A DNA stretch of 39,674 nt from the IMG/VR virus record IMGVR_UViG_3300024991_000028; one strand, 5' to 3'. Under the pieces are notes generated by a model. It saw only the letters and a list, made by a program, of their open reading frames with translations. It was not told the DNA's origin and ran no database searches. Shown here piece after piece: positions 31,244 through 39,224 of the stretch. The position numbers were made by a program, and so were the translations under genes. Source of the DNA: a virus. Numbering within the stretch: the stretch's first letter is position 1; each line of letters begins with the position of its first letter.

Positions 31244-31713
31244 TGGACTCCCAGCAGGTCAGGCAGCTCCTCGCTGTCGTGATCGCCTACGACAACCGCA
31301 AGCTCGCCGACGCGAACATCCTCGCCTGGACCGAAGCCGCGCGCCGCGGCCGCTGGACCCTCGCCGAGGCCGTCGACGCCGTCCACGAGCACTACGCCTC
31401 CCAGTCGGTGTGGCTCATGCCCGGCCACGTCAGCGCCACGATCCGCGCCCGCCGCCAGGACCTCGCGCAGCGCGAGCAGGCCGGCTACCAGATCGCCGCT
31501 GCGGCCGAGGTGCGCGAGCTCGTCGCCGGCGTCGGCCGCCACGTCGACGACGTCGCCGAGCACGAGCCCGCCCCGGTGCCGTCGAAGTGGCGCAGCGCGT
31601 GCCCGCACTGCCACGCCGGGCCCGGTGCGCCGTGCGTGCGGCCCAGCCGCGACGCCGCGCCCGTCGCGCTCGCCAACGTGCACCCGTCGCGGCTGAACGT
31701 GGCGGCGTCGTGA
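31240..31713 (+). CDS. Hypothetical protein with C-terminal CxxC..PCVR zinc motif
   Basis: GTGA overlap, 157 aa. C-terminus CPHCHAGPGAPCVRPSRDAAPVALANVHPSRL. Confidence 0.58.
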   Translation: MMDSQQVRQLLAVVIAYDNRKLADANILAWTEAARRGRWTLAEAVDAVHEHYASQSVWLMPGHVSATIRARRQDLAQREQAGYQIAAAAEVRELVAGVGRHVDDVAEHEPAPVPSKWRSACPHCHAGPGAPCVRPSRDAAPVALANVHPSRLNVAAS

Positions 31714-31907
31714 ACCTCGAGTCCGCGGAAGACCGCGACCGCGCGATGACCGTGTCGTGCACGTACTGCCTCGCCCAGGCCGGCCAGCCGTGCGTCCGGA
31801 AGGGCACCGACGAGGTCCTCGCGAACCTGCCCGCTCACATCTCGCGCCTGTCCGACGCCGGCGTCGTGCACGCGCCCCTCGACTCCCGGGAGTACACCCG
31901 TGGCTGA
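31710..31907 (+). CDS. Stand-alone CxxC..PCVR zinc-motif micro-protein
   Basis: GTGA overlap, 65 aa. CTYCLAQAGQPCVRKGTDEVLANLPAHISRL is paralogous to the preceding gene's C-terminus. Confidence 0.55.
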   Translation: MNLESAEDRDRAMTVSCTYCLAQAGQPCVRKGTDEVLANLPAHISRLSDAGVVHAPLDSREYTRG

Positions 31908-32166
31908 CACCCGCACCACCACCATCGCCGTCCCGCCTGAGCTGCTCGTCTACGCCTTCCGCTACGCCCTCGGCCGCCGCACCTACGCCGTCGCCGACGT
32001 CGCCCAGGCCCTCCGCGAACACCACACCGCGCTCACCCCGCAGACCCGCCGCCAGATCGCCGACGAGATCCGCGACGCCATCCGCGCCGGCCGAGCCGGG
32101 TCGATCACCGACGCCGACGAATGGGACGCCGTCGCCGCGTTCCTCGAGGAGGACCGCGATGCCTGA
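31900..32166 (+). CDS. Hypothetical protein
   Basis: GTG start, 8-nt overlap, 88 aa. Contains ..YAFRYALGRRTYAV.. Confidence 0.58.
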   Translation: MADTRTTTIAVPPELLVYAFRYALGRRTYAVADVAQALREHHTALTPQTRRQIADEIRDAIRAGRAGSITDADEWDAVAAFLEEDRDA

Positions 32167-32527
32167 CCCGCACCGCCCGTGCGGCGACCCCCGCTGCCCG
32201 ATCTGCGCGACGACCCGCATCCCCGCCGCCCGCATCGACCCACCCACCACGCCCGTCCCCGCGATCCGCCCCGAGTGGCTCCCCGGCCACTGGCAGCCCG
32301 CCCCGCCCCGCACCAACGGGCACGACCACCAGCTCCGAGAGGACGAGACCGGTGACGGGCTCGCCCCGAAGGTCGCCGTCGCGACCTGCTCCCTCGCCGT
32401 CCTCGTCTCCGGCGCCGGGCTCTACGCGACCGGGGACCTGCTGTGGCTCCTCGGGATCATGCCGGGCGCCGTCATCGCCGCCTCGTTCGTCGTCGCCGTC
32501 GTCGAGCTCGTGCGGCGGCACCGATGA
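32159..32527 (+). CDS. Membrane protein (2 TM) with N-terminal Cys motif
   Basis: Internal ATG of ORF 31757..32527. CGDPRCPIC, then VAVATCSLAVLVSGAGLYA and LLWLLGIMPGAVIAASFVVAVV. Confidence 0.55.
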   Translation: MPDPHRPCGDPRCPICATTRIPAARIDPPTTPVPAIRPEWLPGHWQPAPPRTNGHDHQLREDETGDGLAPKVAVATCSLAVLVSGAGLYATGDLLWLLGIMPGAVIAASFVVAVVELVRRHR

Positions 32528-32826
32528 TCCGCCCGACCGGATGCACCTGCCCCACCTCGGCCCAGCTCATCGAGAGCTGCCCGGTCCACGGGTCCGCCGC
32601 GATGCTGCTCGCCGAGCACGCCCGGTGGGCCGAGGCCGACGCGACCGTCGACCGCTACGAGAAGAGCCAGCGCGACCGCGTCCGCACCGCCGTCGCAGCA
32701 GTCCGGGCCCGCCACACGAGCTGCTCGACGGAACGGGGCGCCTGCCCGTGGCCGAACTTCACCGAGCACGAGGCCGACGAGCTCGCCGCCGAGCTGCTCC
32801 AGCCGGAACGGGGGCAGGCATCGTGA
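32524..32826 (+). CDS. Cys-containing hypothetical protein
   Basis: ATGA overlap, 100 aa. Confidence 0.52.
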   Translation: MIRPTGCTCPTSAQLIESCPVHGSAAMLLAEHARWAEADATVDRYEKSQRDRVRTAVAAVRARHTSCSTERGACPWPNFTEHEADELAAELLQPERGQAS

Positions 32827-33389
32827 CCGACCACGTCCTCGGCCTCGACCTCGGCCTCGCCAAGGCCGGCGCCGCCACCCTCACCGCCGACGGCCGCATC
32901 CAGACCTGGCTCAAGACCACCCCCAGGCTCGGGGAGACCGCGACGCTCGACGCCGTCGCCGACCGCATCGGCACCATGGCCGGCTGGGCCGTCGACCTCA
33001 CCACCACCGGCACGATCCTCGCCGTCGTCGAAGGCCCCGCCCACGCCGCACAGCACGGCCAGCCCCACGAACGGGCCGCGATCTGGTGGCTCGTCGTCCG
33101 CGCCCTGCTGCGCCGCGAGATCCCCGTCGCCGTCCTCGCCCCGACCACGGTGAAGGGCTACATCGCGGGCAAGGGCAACGCGTCCAAGGACGACGTACGC
33201 CGCGCCGTCGCGCTCGCCTGGCCCGGGCAAGGCCTCGCCCGCGTCTCGGCCGATGAGGCCGACGCCGTCGCCATGTGCACCGCCGCGGGGGACTGGCTCG
33301 GCTGGGACGGCCCGTGGCTCGACGGCCGCCGCGGCGTCGACTGGCTCAAGAAGGCGCAGTGGCCGGAGCGGGACGAGGTCCGCGCATGA
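32823..33389 (+). CDS. RuvC-like Holliday junction resolvase
   Basis: GTGA overlap. VLGLDLGLAKAG (Asp), VVEGPAH (Glu), KGYIAGKGNASKDDV and SADEADAVAM (Asp, Asp) fit the RuvC fold. Confidence 0.75.
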   Translation: MTDHVLGLDLGLAKAGAATLTADGRIQTWLKTTPRLGETATLDAVADRIGTMAGWAVDLTTTGTILAVVEGPAHAAQHGQPHERAAIWWLVVRALLRREIPVAVLAPTTVKGYIAGKGNASKDDVRRAVALAWPGQGLARVSADEADAVAMCTAAGDWLGWDGPWLDGRRGVDWLKKAQWPERDEVRA

Positions 33390-33535
33390 ACGACCCGAGG
33401 ACCGAACTGGAGTTCCCCTGCGACCGCTGCTCCGAGGTCGCGCACCTGCATCCGAACCGGCCCGGTGAGCTGCTCTGCCGCCCGTGCCGCGACGCCGCAC
33501 GCGGCGCAGACCACCGCGAGAGGACTACCCGATGA
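33386..33535 (+). CDS. Zinc-ribbon micro-protein (49 aa)
   Basis: ATGA overlap. CDRC...CRPC. Confidence 0.48.
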   Translation: MNDPRTELEFPCDRCSEVAHLHPNRPGELLCRPCRDAARGADHRERTTR

Positions 33536-33792
33536 GCGCCACCGAGCACGACATCGAGACCAGCGTCCGCGTCTACCTCGACTGGGTCGACGGCCGCTGG
33601 GAGGTCGCCGGGGCCACCGTCGACGGCTACGCCCTGGACGAGCGCGACACCGGGCCCGCCTGCGACACCCCGCACCGCACCGAGGCCGAGCGTGCCGCGT
33701 GCCGCCGCCTGATGGAGCAGGTGTCGAAGGCGGACATGCCGACCGCCGCCGAGCTTGTCGAGCTGCTGCGCGATGCGCTGGGGGAGTCATGA
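33532..33792 (+). CDS. Hypothetical protein
   Basis: ATGA overlap, 86 aa. Confidence 0.52.
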   Translation: MSATEHDIETSVRVYLDWVDGRWEVAGATVDGYALDERDTGPACDTPHRTEAERAACRRLMEQVSKADMPTAAELVELLRDALGES

Positions 33793-33986
33793 GCTACGAG
33801 CCGCTCCCGCCACCCATGCCGTTCGACGAGGCCGAGAACCTCGGCATCACCGTCCTCGGGACCTGCGACTGGGGCGGCTGTGACCGCGAGGCCTGGGGCG
33901 TCCGCTGGTCTCGCGACCTCGACGCCTACCTGACGGTGTGCGCGTCCTGCCGTCGCGGCCCTGGCGCTGTGCGAGGCGCCCGGTGA
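33789..33986 (+). CDS. Cys-containing micro-protein
   Basis: ATGA overlap, 65 aa. CDWGGC...CASC. Confidence 0.5.
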   Translation: MSYEPLPPPMPFDEAENLGITVLGTCDWGGCDREAWGVRWSRDLDAYLTVCASCRRGPGAVRGAR

Positions 33987-34219
33987 CCCCCGACGTGGTC
34001 GAGACGGCCGCCCAGGTCCTCCACGATCGCCGCCACCGCGCCGGGACCGGGCAGGTGTGTGACGAGTGCCGCGACCTGGTGCGCGCGATCGCCGACGTGC
34101 TCGACGTCCCGCGGCTGACCGCGATCGAGACGAGGCTCCGCGACGCGGTGGACGGCGGGCTGTGCCCGGCGTGCCACGAGACGTGCGTCGAGTACGTGCT
34201 GAGGGGGGAGCGGTCGTGA
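33983..34219 (+). CDS. Zinc-ribbon micro-protein
   Basis: GTGA overlap, 78 aa. CDEC...CPACHETC. Confidence 0.5.
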   Translation: MTPDVVETAAQVLHDRRHRAGTGQVCDECRDLVRAIADVLDVPRLTAIETRLRDAVDGGLCPACHETCVEYVLRGERS

Positions 34220-34719
34220 CCGCCTCAACCCCGGACGAGGCCGCCGAGCCCGACCTCCTCGACCGCCTGCAGAAGTCGCTCGAACTGACGCCGGACCAAG
34301 CCTCCGCGAAGATCGACCGCTTCATGAAGGCGTTCGAGGGGACGCCGACCGAGCACGCCTGGCGCGTGATCCAGGCCGAGCGTGACGCTCTCCGCGTCGA
34401 GGTGGAGCGGGCGCGCGCCCGGGAGCAGGCCGCCCGCCCCGTACTCGACGCCGCCGAGGCGGCTGCCGACCGAATCGCAGAGGTCGCCACGCGTGAGTCC
34501 GAAGCGGAACGGCTCGCGCTGCAGCTCTCCGACGACCTCCGCGCGGCCCGCGCGGCGCTGGGTTCCGCCGAGGCCGAGAAAGTCGTACGCCAGGACCAGA
34601 CCGAAACGACGCGCACGACTTCCGCCGAGGCGGTCGCCCCGGCCGCCGAACCCGACCTGCTGGGTCAACTCCAGTCTTCCTTCGAGCGCGCCCGGGAGGC
34701 CCGCCGTGACCACGCCTGA
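34216..34719 (+). CDS. Coiled-coil hypothetical protein with repeated terminal motif
   Basis: GTGA overlap, 167 aa. AEPDLLDRLQKSLE near the N-terminus and AEPDLLGQLQSSFE near the C-terminus. Confidence 0.55.
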   Translation: MTASTPDEAAEPDLLDRLQKSLELTPDQASAKIDRFMKAFEGTPTEHAWRVIQAERDALRVEVERARAREQAARPVLDAAEAAADRIAEVATRESEAERLALQLSDDLRAARAALGSAEAEKVVRQDQTETTRTTSAEAVAPAAEPDLLGQLQSSFERAREARRDHA

Positions 34720-35287
34720 TCGCGTCAGCGCCGCTATCGAGAGCGCCATCGTCGACCTGACCGGGCAGCCGCAGGTCGGCGCCGCGTACGCGCAGGCGTT
34801 CATCAAGCGGCTGGCGGAGAACGGTGTCACCGTCGCCCCGGCCGCCGAACCCACACCCGACGACGTCCCTGTAGAGGTGCTGAGCCTCGCCCGCCGCATC
34901 CACGAGGCGAACGGTGACCCGCGCATGTCGACGTTCCGTCGGGTCATGGCGGCGCTCGGGATGTGCGTCGAGGTCACGGTCACCCGGGACCCAGACGCGC
35001 CCGTCGCCCCGAACGACGAGGACGAGGAGCCGGACGACAAGACCGCTCACGGCTACGTCGTGGGCTGCATCCTCGACGCCACCGAACACCACGGGGACCG
35101 CGCGATCACGCTCTGGTCCGACGATGTCCACTGCACCCTGACCGCAGCCTCGGACGTCGAGGTCGAGGACGCTCCCGCCGACGAGCAGTGGGAGGTCTAC
35201 GAGCTGCGGCGCGTGACGATCCCACTGGCTGGGGCGGGCGCCCCCGAACCCGCGCAGGACGACGAGCCGGGAGCCGACCGTGGCTGA
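34706..35287 (+). CDS. Hypothetical acidic protein
   Basis: GTG 34706 is internal to ORF 34382..35287, 14-nt overlap. 193 aa. Confidence 0.55.
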   Translation: MTTPDRVSAAIESAIVDLTGQPQVGAAYAQAFIKRLAENGVTVAPAAEPTPDDVPVEVLSLARRIHEANGDPRMSTFRRVMAALGMCVEVTVTRDPDAPVAPNDEDEEPDDKTAHGYVVGCILDATEHHGDRAITLWSDDVHCTLTAASDVEVEDAPADEQWEVYELRRVTIPLAGAGAPEPAQDDEPGADRG

Positions 35288-35468
35288 GCGCTGGTGTCCG
35301 ATCTGCGAGCGACTGACGCACCACGACGGCTCGTGCTGCACGTCCTGCCACGGCAACCGAGTGAGCGTGATCCGAGAGCGCTGGGACCGCATCCAGGCCG
35401 AGCGGGCAGCACGCCGCGCCGCGCTCGCTGCTGGTGCGCCGCAGCCCCCGGAAGGTAAGGAGCCCTGA
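35280..35468 (+). CDS. Zinc-ribbon micro-protein
   Basis: 62 aa. CPIC...CCTSC. C-terminal tail AAGAPQPPE encoded by repeat copy 1. Confidence 0.52.
   Translation: MAERWCPICERLTHHDGSCCTSCHGNRVSVIRERWDRIQAERAARRAALAAGAPQPPEGKEP
35426..35452 (+). repeat. 27-bp direct repeat copy 1 (cgctgctggtgcgccgcagcccccgga)
   Basis: Identical to 35650-35676. Sits at the 3' end of gene 35280..35468, just before the next RBS. Confidence 0.85.
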
Positions 35469-35689
35469 TGTCTGACACCGATCCCAGCGACTGGCAGCCC
35501 GGCGATCCGGTCCACGAACCCCCGACGCCCGACACCGAACTGGCCGCGATCGAGACGATCCACGGCGTGCTGGCCGTGCTCGACCCGGAGACGCAGAGGC
35601 GGGTGCTCCGCTGGGCCTATGACCGGTACGTCGTGCACCCAGCCCCGGCCGCTGCTGGTGCGCCGCAGCCCCCGGAGGCCGGATCGTGA
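35468..35689 (+). CDS. Hypothetical protein
   Basis: TGATG overlap, 73 aa. C-terminal tail AAGAPQPPE encoded by repeat copy 2. Confidence 0.52.
   Translation: MSDTDPSDWQPGDPVHEPPTPDTELAAIETIHGVLAVLDPETQRRVLRWAYDRYVVHPAPAAAGAPQPPEAGS
35650..35676 (+). repeat. 27-bp direct repeat copy 2
   Basis: Identical to 35426-35452. Sits at the 3' end of gene 35468..35689. Confidence 0.85.
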
Positions 35690-35925
35690 GCGGAACCAAG
35701 TCGCAGCGCCGCATCGCCCAGCTCGGACGGTGGCGGCTGGACTTCCACCGCTACCGGGCCCGCGCCACGAGGTACAGCAGCGGAGGGCAGAACACGCCGG
35801 GGCCGTGGTGGTGCCTGGACGTCTGGCGCGTAGGCGTCTTCACCTTGGGCCACGACCGGACGCTGTTCGGCTGGAGCGACCCGACCAACGCCACGCCGCA
35901 GCCCCCGGCCGGGGAGGACGCGTGA
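35686..35925 (+). CDS. Hypothetical Trp-rich protein
   Basis: GTGA overlap, 79 aa. C-terminal tail TPQPPAGEDA encoded by the partial third copy. Confidence 0.5.
   Translation: MSGTKSQRRIAQLGRWRLDFHRYRARATRYSSGGQNTPGPWWCLDVWRVGVFTLGHDRTLFGWSDPTNATPQPPAGEDA
35894..35908 (+). repeat. Partial third copy (cgccgcagcccccgg, 15 bp)
   Basis: Matches the core of the 27-bp repeat. Again sits at the 3' end of a gene, just before the next start. Confidence 0.8.
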
Positions 35926-36191
35926 CGCCCGACCCCACCGCACTGTCTGGCGCCGAGGTCGGACCATGGCGGATCAGGCCGACCACGCTGATGGCACTCG
36001 ACAGCGTCGGACCAGCCCTGCACATCACCAACACCAGGCGCGACGAGCAGCCCTTGTGTATCCGCCAGGACGAAGCCGTCGAACTCCTCTGCGCGATGGC
36101 CCTCGCCCTCGCTATCGAGCACATCGACATCCCCAGTGCAGTCGACGAGCCCGACGTCGACGCCGACCGCTACCGATGGGGCCACACGTGA
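35922..36191 (+). CDS. Hypothetical protein
   Basis: GTGA overlap, 89 aa. Confidence 0.52.
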   Translation: MTPDPTALSGAEVGPWRIRPTTLMALDSVGPALHITNTRRDEQPLCIRQDEAVELLCAMALALAIEHIDIPSAVDEPDVDADRYRWGHT

Positions 36192-36409
36192 TGTTCCTGC
36201 TCTGGTGCCGTGTCTGCGAGCCCGAGCCCAGCCCCGACAACGTCATGCCCTTCGACTCCCCGGCCGAGCGCGGCAAATGGTCAGCCGAGCACCGACGCGG
36301 CACCGGCCACGACCGCTGGCTCGTCCTCGACATCCCGCCTGACCTGGGCGTGCCCAAGCGGTTCGTCTACGGCGTCGCCCAGGACAGCCCCCCGGGTGCT
36401 CCACAGTGA
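36188..36409 (+). CDS. Hypothetical protein
   Basis: GTGATG context, so the start is 36188 or 36191. About 73 aa. N-terminal CRVC. Confidence 0.52.
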   Translation: MMFLLWCRVCEPEPSPDNVMPFDSPAERGKWSAEHRRGTGHDRWLVLDIPPDLGVPKRFVYGVAQDSPPGAPQ

Positions 36410-36684
36410 CCCCCCGCCGGCGCTCACCACTACCCCCCAACTGGCCCCGCCTACGCCGCCACGTCCTCGACCGCGACCAACACCGCTGCCGCCTCGCGCT
36501 ACCCGGCTGCGAAGGCAGAGCCACCGACGTGCACCACACCGCGGCCCACGACGACCACCGCATCGAACACCTCGTCGCAGCATGCGGCCGATGCCACGAC
36601 ACCGTCACCGGACGAGACGCCATCAACGCACGACGCAGAGCCGAACGACGCAGCCCAACCCGACACCCAGGAGTCACACCATGA
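36406..36684 (+). CDS. HNH endonuclease (terminase-associated type)
   Basis: GTGA overlap. DQHRCRLALPGC...DVHHTAAHDDHRIEHLVAACGRCHD is an HNH core with Cys pairs. Lies just upstream of terS and terL. Confidence 0.85.
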   Translation: MTPRRRSPLPPNWPRLRRHVLDRDQHRCRLALPGCEGRATDVHHTAAHDDHRIEHLVAACGRCHDTVTGRDAINARRRAERRSPTRHPGVTP

Positions 36685-36923
36685 CCGAGCAGCAGGCCGA
36701 GCCCAACGTCGAGCAGCCCGAGGCCAAGCACATCGTCGTCATCCTCACCGACGGCACCGTCGCCAACTGGCCGGCCGAGACCACTGCGTTCACCTACCAG
36801 GACGACGGCCCGCTCACCCTCTACACCTGGGACCCCGAGACCGAGCAGCGCGGCGTCGGCATCGCCGCCTTCGCCCGAGGCCAGTGGGCCGCCTGCTACG
36901 ACGACACGTACCTCGCGAGCTGA
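36681..36923 (+). CDS. Hypothetical protein
   Basis: ATGA overlap, 80 aa. Last gene before the packaging-region gap. Confidence 0.55.
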   Translation: MTEQQAEPNVEQPEAKHIVVILTDGTVANWPAETTAFTYQDDGPLTLYTWDPETEQRGVGIAAFARGQWAACYDDTYLAS

Positions 36924-37091
36924 CCCAGGGGGGGCGGCCCCCCGCCCCGGCCAGCCGCCGACTCGGTAGGCATAGCCGCTCCGATCCCGTGCGCATCCGC
37001 GGAACGGGCGCCCGGGGAAACCTCGATTACGATTTCTGAATTCGCCCCGGTGGCGGCCTGACTCGCATTGACCCTCATGGAGGTCGCTGAA
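36924..37091. promoter_or_regulatory. Packaging-region gap: probable cos site, early-operon terminator and late promoter
   Basis: GGGGGG-gcgg-CCCCCC hairpin at 36929-36943. AT-richer patch aaacctcgattacgatttctgaattcg at about 37017-37045. Lies between the HNH gene and terS. Confidence 0.4.
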
Positions 37092-37565
37092 ATGCCACCG
37101 GTCCCGAAGCCGACAGCGCAGCGAGTGCGTCGTCACAAGCGCGTGGTCGACACCCCGCTCACTGCGCCGGAATCGCCGAGGCGGGTACCGGAATGGCGGC
37201 GTGCGTCGTCGAAATGGCACCCGGCGGCTCGCGACTGGTATCTGTCGTTGCGGGAATCGGGGCAGGCGTTCTACTACCAGCCGTCCGACCGGATGGCGGC
37301 GTGGTTCCTGGCCGAGCAGATGTCGCGGGTCCTCGCGGATCCGGAGGCGAAGGCGTCGTCGTACGACTCGGTGATGCGCGGCATGGAGCAGCTGCTGTGC
37401 ACGGAGCGGTCGCGGCGGTCGGCGCACGTCGAGCTGGCGCCGCCCGGGGCGTCGTCGAGGCTGCCGGGGGAGTCGACGTCGTCGGCGGGGGAGCAGCGCG
37501 CGGCGGAGGTGGCGCGCGGGGTGGCGCACCTCGACGAGGCGCGGCGCCGGCTGTCCGGGTCCTGA
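37092..37565 (+). CDS. terS: Terminase small subunit
   Basis: ATG 37092 lies 8 nt after GGAGG, internal to ORF 37068..37565. Basic N-terminus PKPTAQRVRRHKR. Directly upstream of terL. Confidence 0.75.
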   Translation: MPPVPKPTAQRVRRHKRVVDTPLTAPESPRRVPEWRRASSKWHPAARDWYLSLRESGQAFYYQPSDRMAAWFLAEQMSRVLADPEAKASSYDSVMRGMEQLLCTERSRRSAHVELAPPGASSRLPGESTSSAGEQRAAEVARGVAHLDEARRRLSGS

Positions 37566-37571
37566 GCCCGC

Positions 37572-39224
37572 GTGCTGGAGCCGCTCGACACCCTGCCGCC
37601 GGGTATCCCGGACCTGACCCTCGGGTGGGGTGTCCTGGAGTGGGCCGCCGGCGCGCGGCACGGGGAGCCGCTGTTCCACGTCCCCGACGGCGACCTCGCC
37701 GGGCTGCCGCTCACGCTGACCGACTACCAGATCCGGCTGGTGCTCTGGTGGTACGCGATCGACGAGCACACGCGGTGGCGGTACCGGGCCGCGCTGGTGC
37801 GGCTGGCCCGCGGCACGATCAAGAGCCCGACGGCCGGGTTCCTCGCCCTGGCCGAGCTGCTCGGGCCGGTCCGGTTCGCCGCGTGGGACCCGGACGCCCC
37901 GGGCGGCGTACGCGGCCGGCCGGTGTCGATGCCGCTCGTGCAGCTGTCGGCGGTGTCGCAGGCGCAGGTCGGGAACACCTACAAGTACGTGGCGGCGTGG
38001 ACGGCGCGCGGGACGCCGCTGCAGCGCATCTACAACCTCGACCCTGGCCGGGAGCGGATCTATGTGCCGTCGGCGCCGGGCATCACTGGCGGGGAGCTGC
38101 GGGTCACGACTTCCTCGCCGGCGACTGCGCGTGGTGGCCGGCCGACGTTCGTGGTGGCCGACGAGCTGTCGGAGTGGACGGTGTCGAACCACGGCCAGGA
38201 GTTCTACGACGTGCTGTCGGACAACGCGACGAAGGTGCCGCGGGCCCGGGTGCTCGGGCTGGCGAACGCCCCGGAGCCGGGCTCGGGGAGCGTCGCGGAG
38301 GACCTGTGGGAGACGTGGTCGGCGGAGCAGGAGGGCCGCACGCGGGGCCGTCAGCGGCTGCTGATGGTGGTGCGGGAGGCGCCGGCGGACACGGACTGGT
38401 CAGACCCGGAGTCGATCCGGGCGGCGCTGCACACCATCTACGACGACTGCCCGTGGGTGGACCAGGAGCAGATCCTCGAGCAGATCCTCGACCCGAAGCG
38501 GCCGATCGAGCGCAGCCAGCGCGAGTTCGGGAACTGGCGGGTGTCGTCGTACTCGACGTGGGTGTCGGCGCAGGCCTACGACGCGTGCGCGGCCCCGGAG
38601 GTCGTCGTCGAGGACGGCGAGGAGATCGCGCTGGGGCTGGACCCGTCGGAGTCCGACGACGCGACGGCGCTGATCGCGTGCCGCATCTCCGACGGGTTCA
38701 CCTGGCCGATCTGGATCCACGAGCCGCGGCACACCGGGGCCCCGGTCGACGTCGCCGAGCTCGACTACTGGGTGACGCAGGCGCACGAGCGGTTCCGGGT
38801 GTGCGCGCTGTGGTCGGACGTGCGGCCGATGGAGCAGCTCGTGCGCGTGGAGTGGCCGGGCCGCTGGGGCACCGACTACGACGCACCGGCGACACCGGCC
38901 TCGCAGGGGTCGCCGTCGGACCCGATCGCGTTCGACATGCGCCGCCACATCTACCGGTTCGCGCTCGGCGCCGAGCTCGTAGCGTCGGAGATCGAGCAGC
39001 GCACGCTGCTGCACTCGGGGGACCGGGTCATGGCCCGGCACGTGTACTCGGCCTGGCGGCGGCCGTACCGGGACCGGATCAGCGTCGGGAAGGGCCCGGA
39101 CCGGGACCGGAAGGTCGACGCGGCGGTGTCGATGGTGATCGCGAGGATGGCGCGGCGAGCGGTGCTGGAGTCGAAGTCGTACAAGAAGCGGCACCGCTCG
39201 CGCGCCGTGGTCATCCTCGGGTGA
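37572..39224 (+). CDS. terL: Terminase large subunit
   Basis: 550 aa. ARGTIKSPTAG is Walker-A-like, and VVADELSEW plus downstream acidic nuclease-type motifs follow. Position is before the portal gene. Confidence 0.9.
   Translation: MLEPLDTLPPGIPDLTLGWGVLEWAAGARHGEPLFHVPDGDLAGLPLTLTDYQIRLVLWWYAIDEHTRWRYRAALVRLARGTIKSPTAGFLALAELLGPVRFAAWDPDAPGGVRGRPVSMPLVQLSAVSQAQVGNTYKYVAAWTARGTPLQRIYNLDPGRERIYVPSAPGITGGELRVTTSSPATARGGRPTFVVADELSEWTVSNHGQEFYDVLSDNATKVPRARVLGLANAPEPGSGSVAEDLWETWSAEQEGRTRGRQRLLMVVREAPADTDWSDPESIRAALHTIYDDCPWVDQEQILEQILDPKRPIERSQREFGNWRVSSYSTWVSAQAYDACAAPEVVVEDGEEIALGLDPSESDDATALIACRISDGFTWPIWIHEPRHTGAPVDVAELDYWVTQAHERFRVCALWSDVRPMEQLVRVEWPGRWGTDYDAPATPASQGSPSDPIAFDMRRHIYRFALGAELVASEIEQRTLLHSGDRVMARHVYSAWRRPYRDRISVGKGPDRDRKVDAAVSMVIARMARRAVLESKSYKKRHRSRAVVILG

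Noticed and set aside
34243-34686. Repeated AEPDLL(D/G)(R/Q)LQ(K/S)S(L/F)E motif at both ends of gene 34216..34719, considered as a recombination or regulatory repeat
   Set aside because: The DNA copies are diverged, with many synonymous and non-synonymous differences. It looks like an internal protein repeat of a coiled-coil protein rather than a nucleic-acid signal, so it is recorded only in the feature evidence.
36243-38192. 649-aa minus-strand ORF and the 701-aa + strand ORF 37193..39298 over the terminase region
   Set aside because: Both are out of frame or antisense to terS and terL, whose translations carry recognisable terminase character. Both alternatives are extreme Arg/Gly/Pro/Ala strings.
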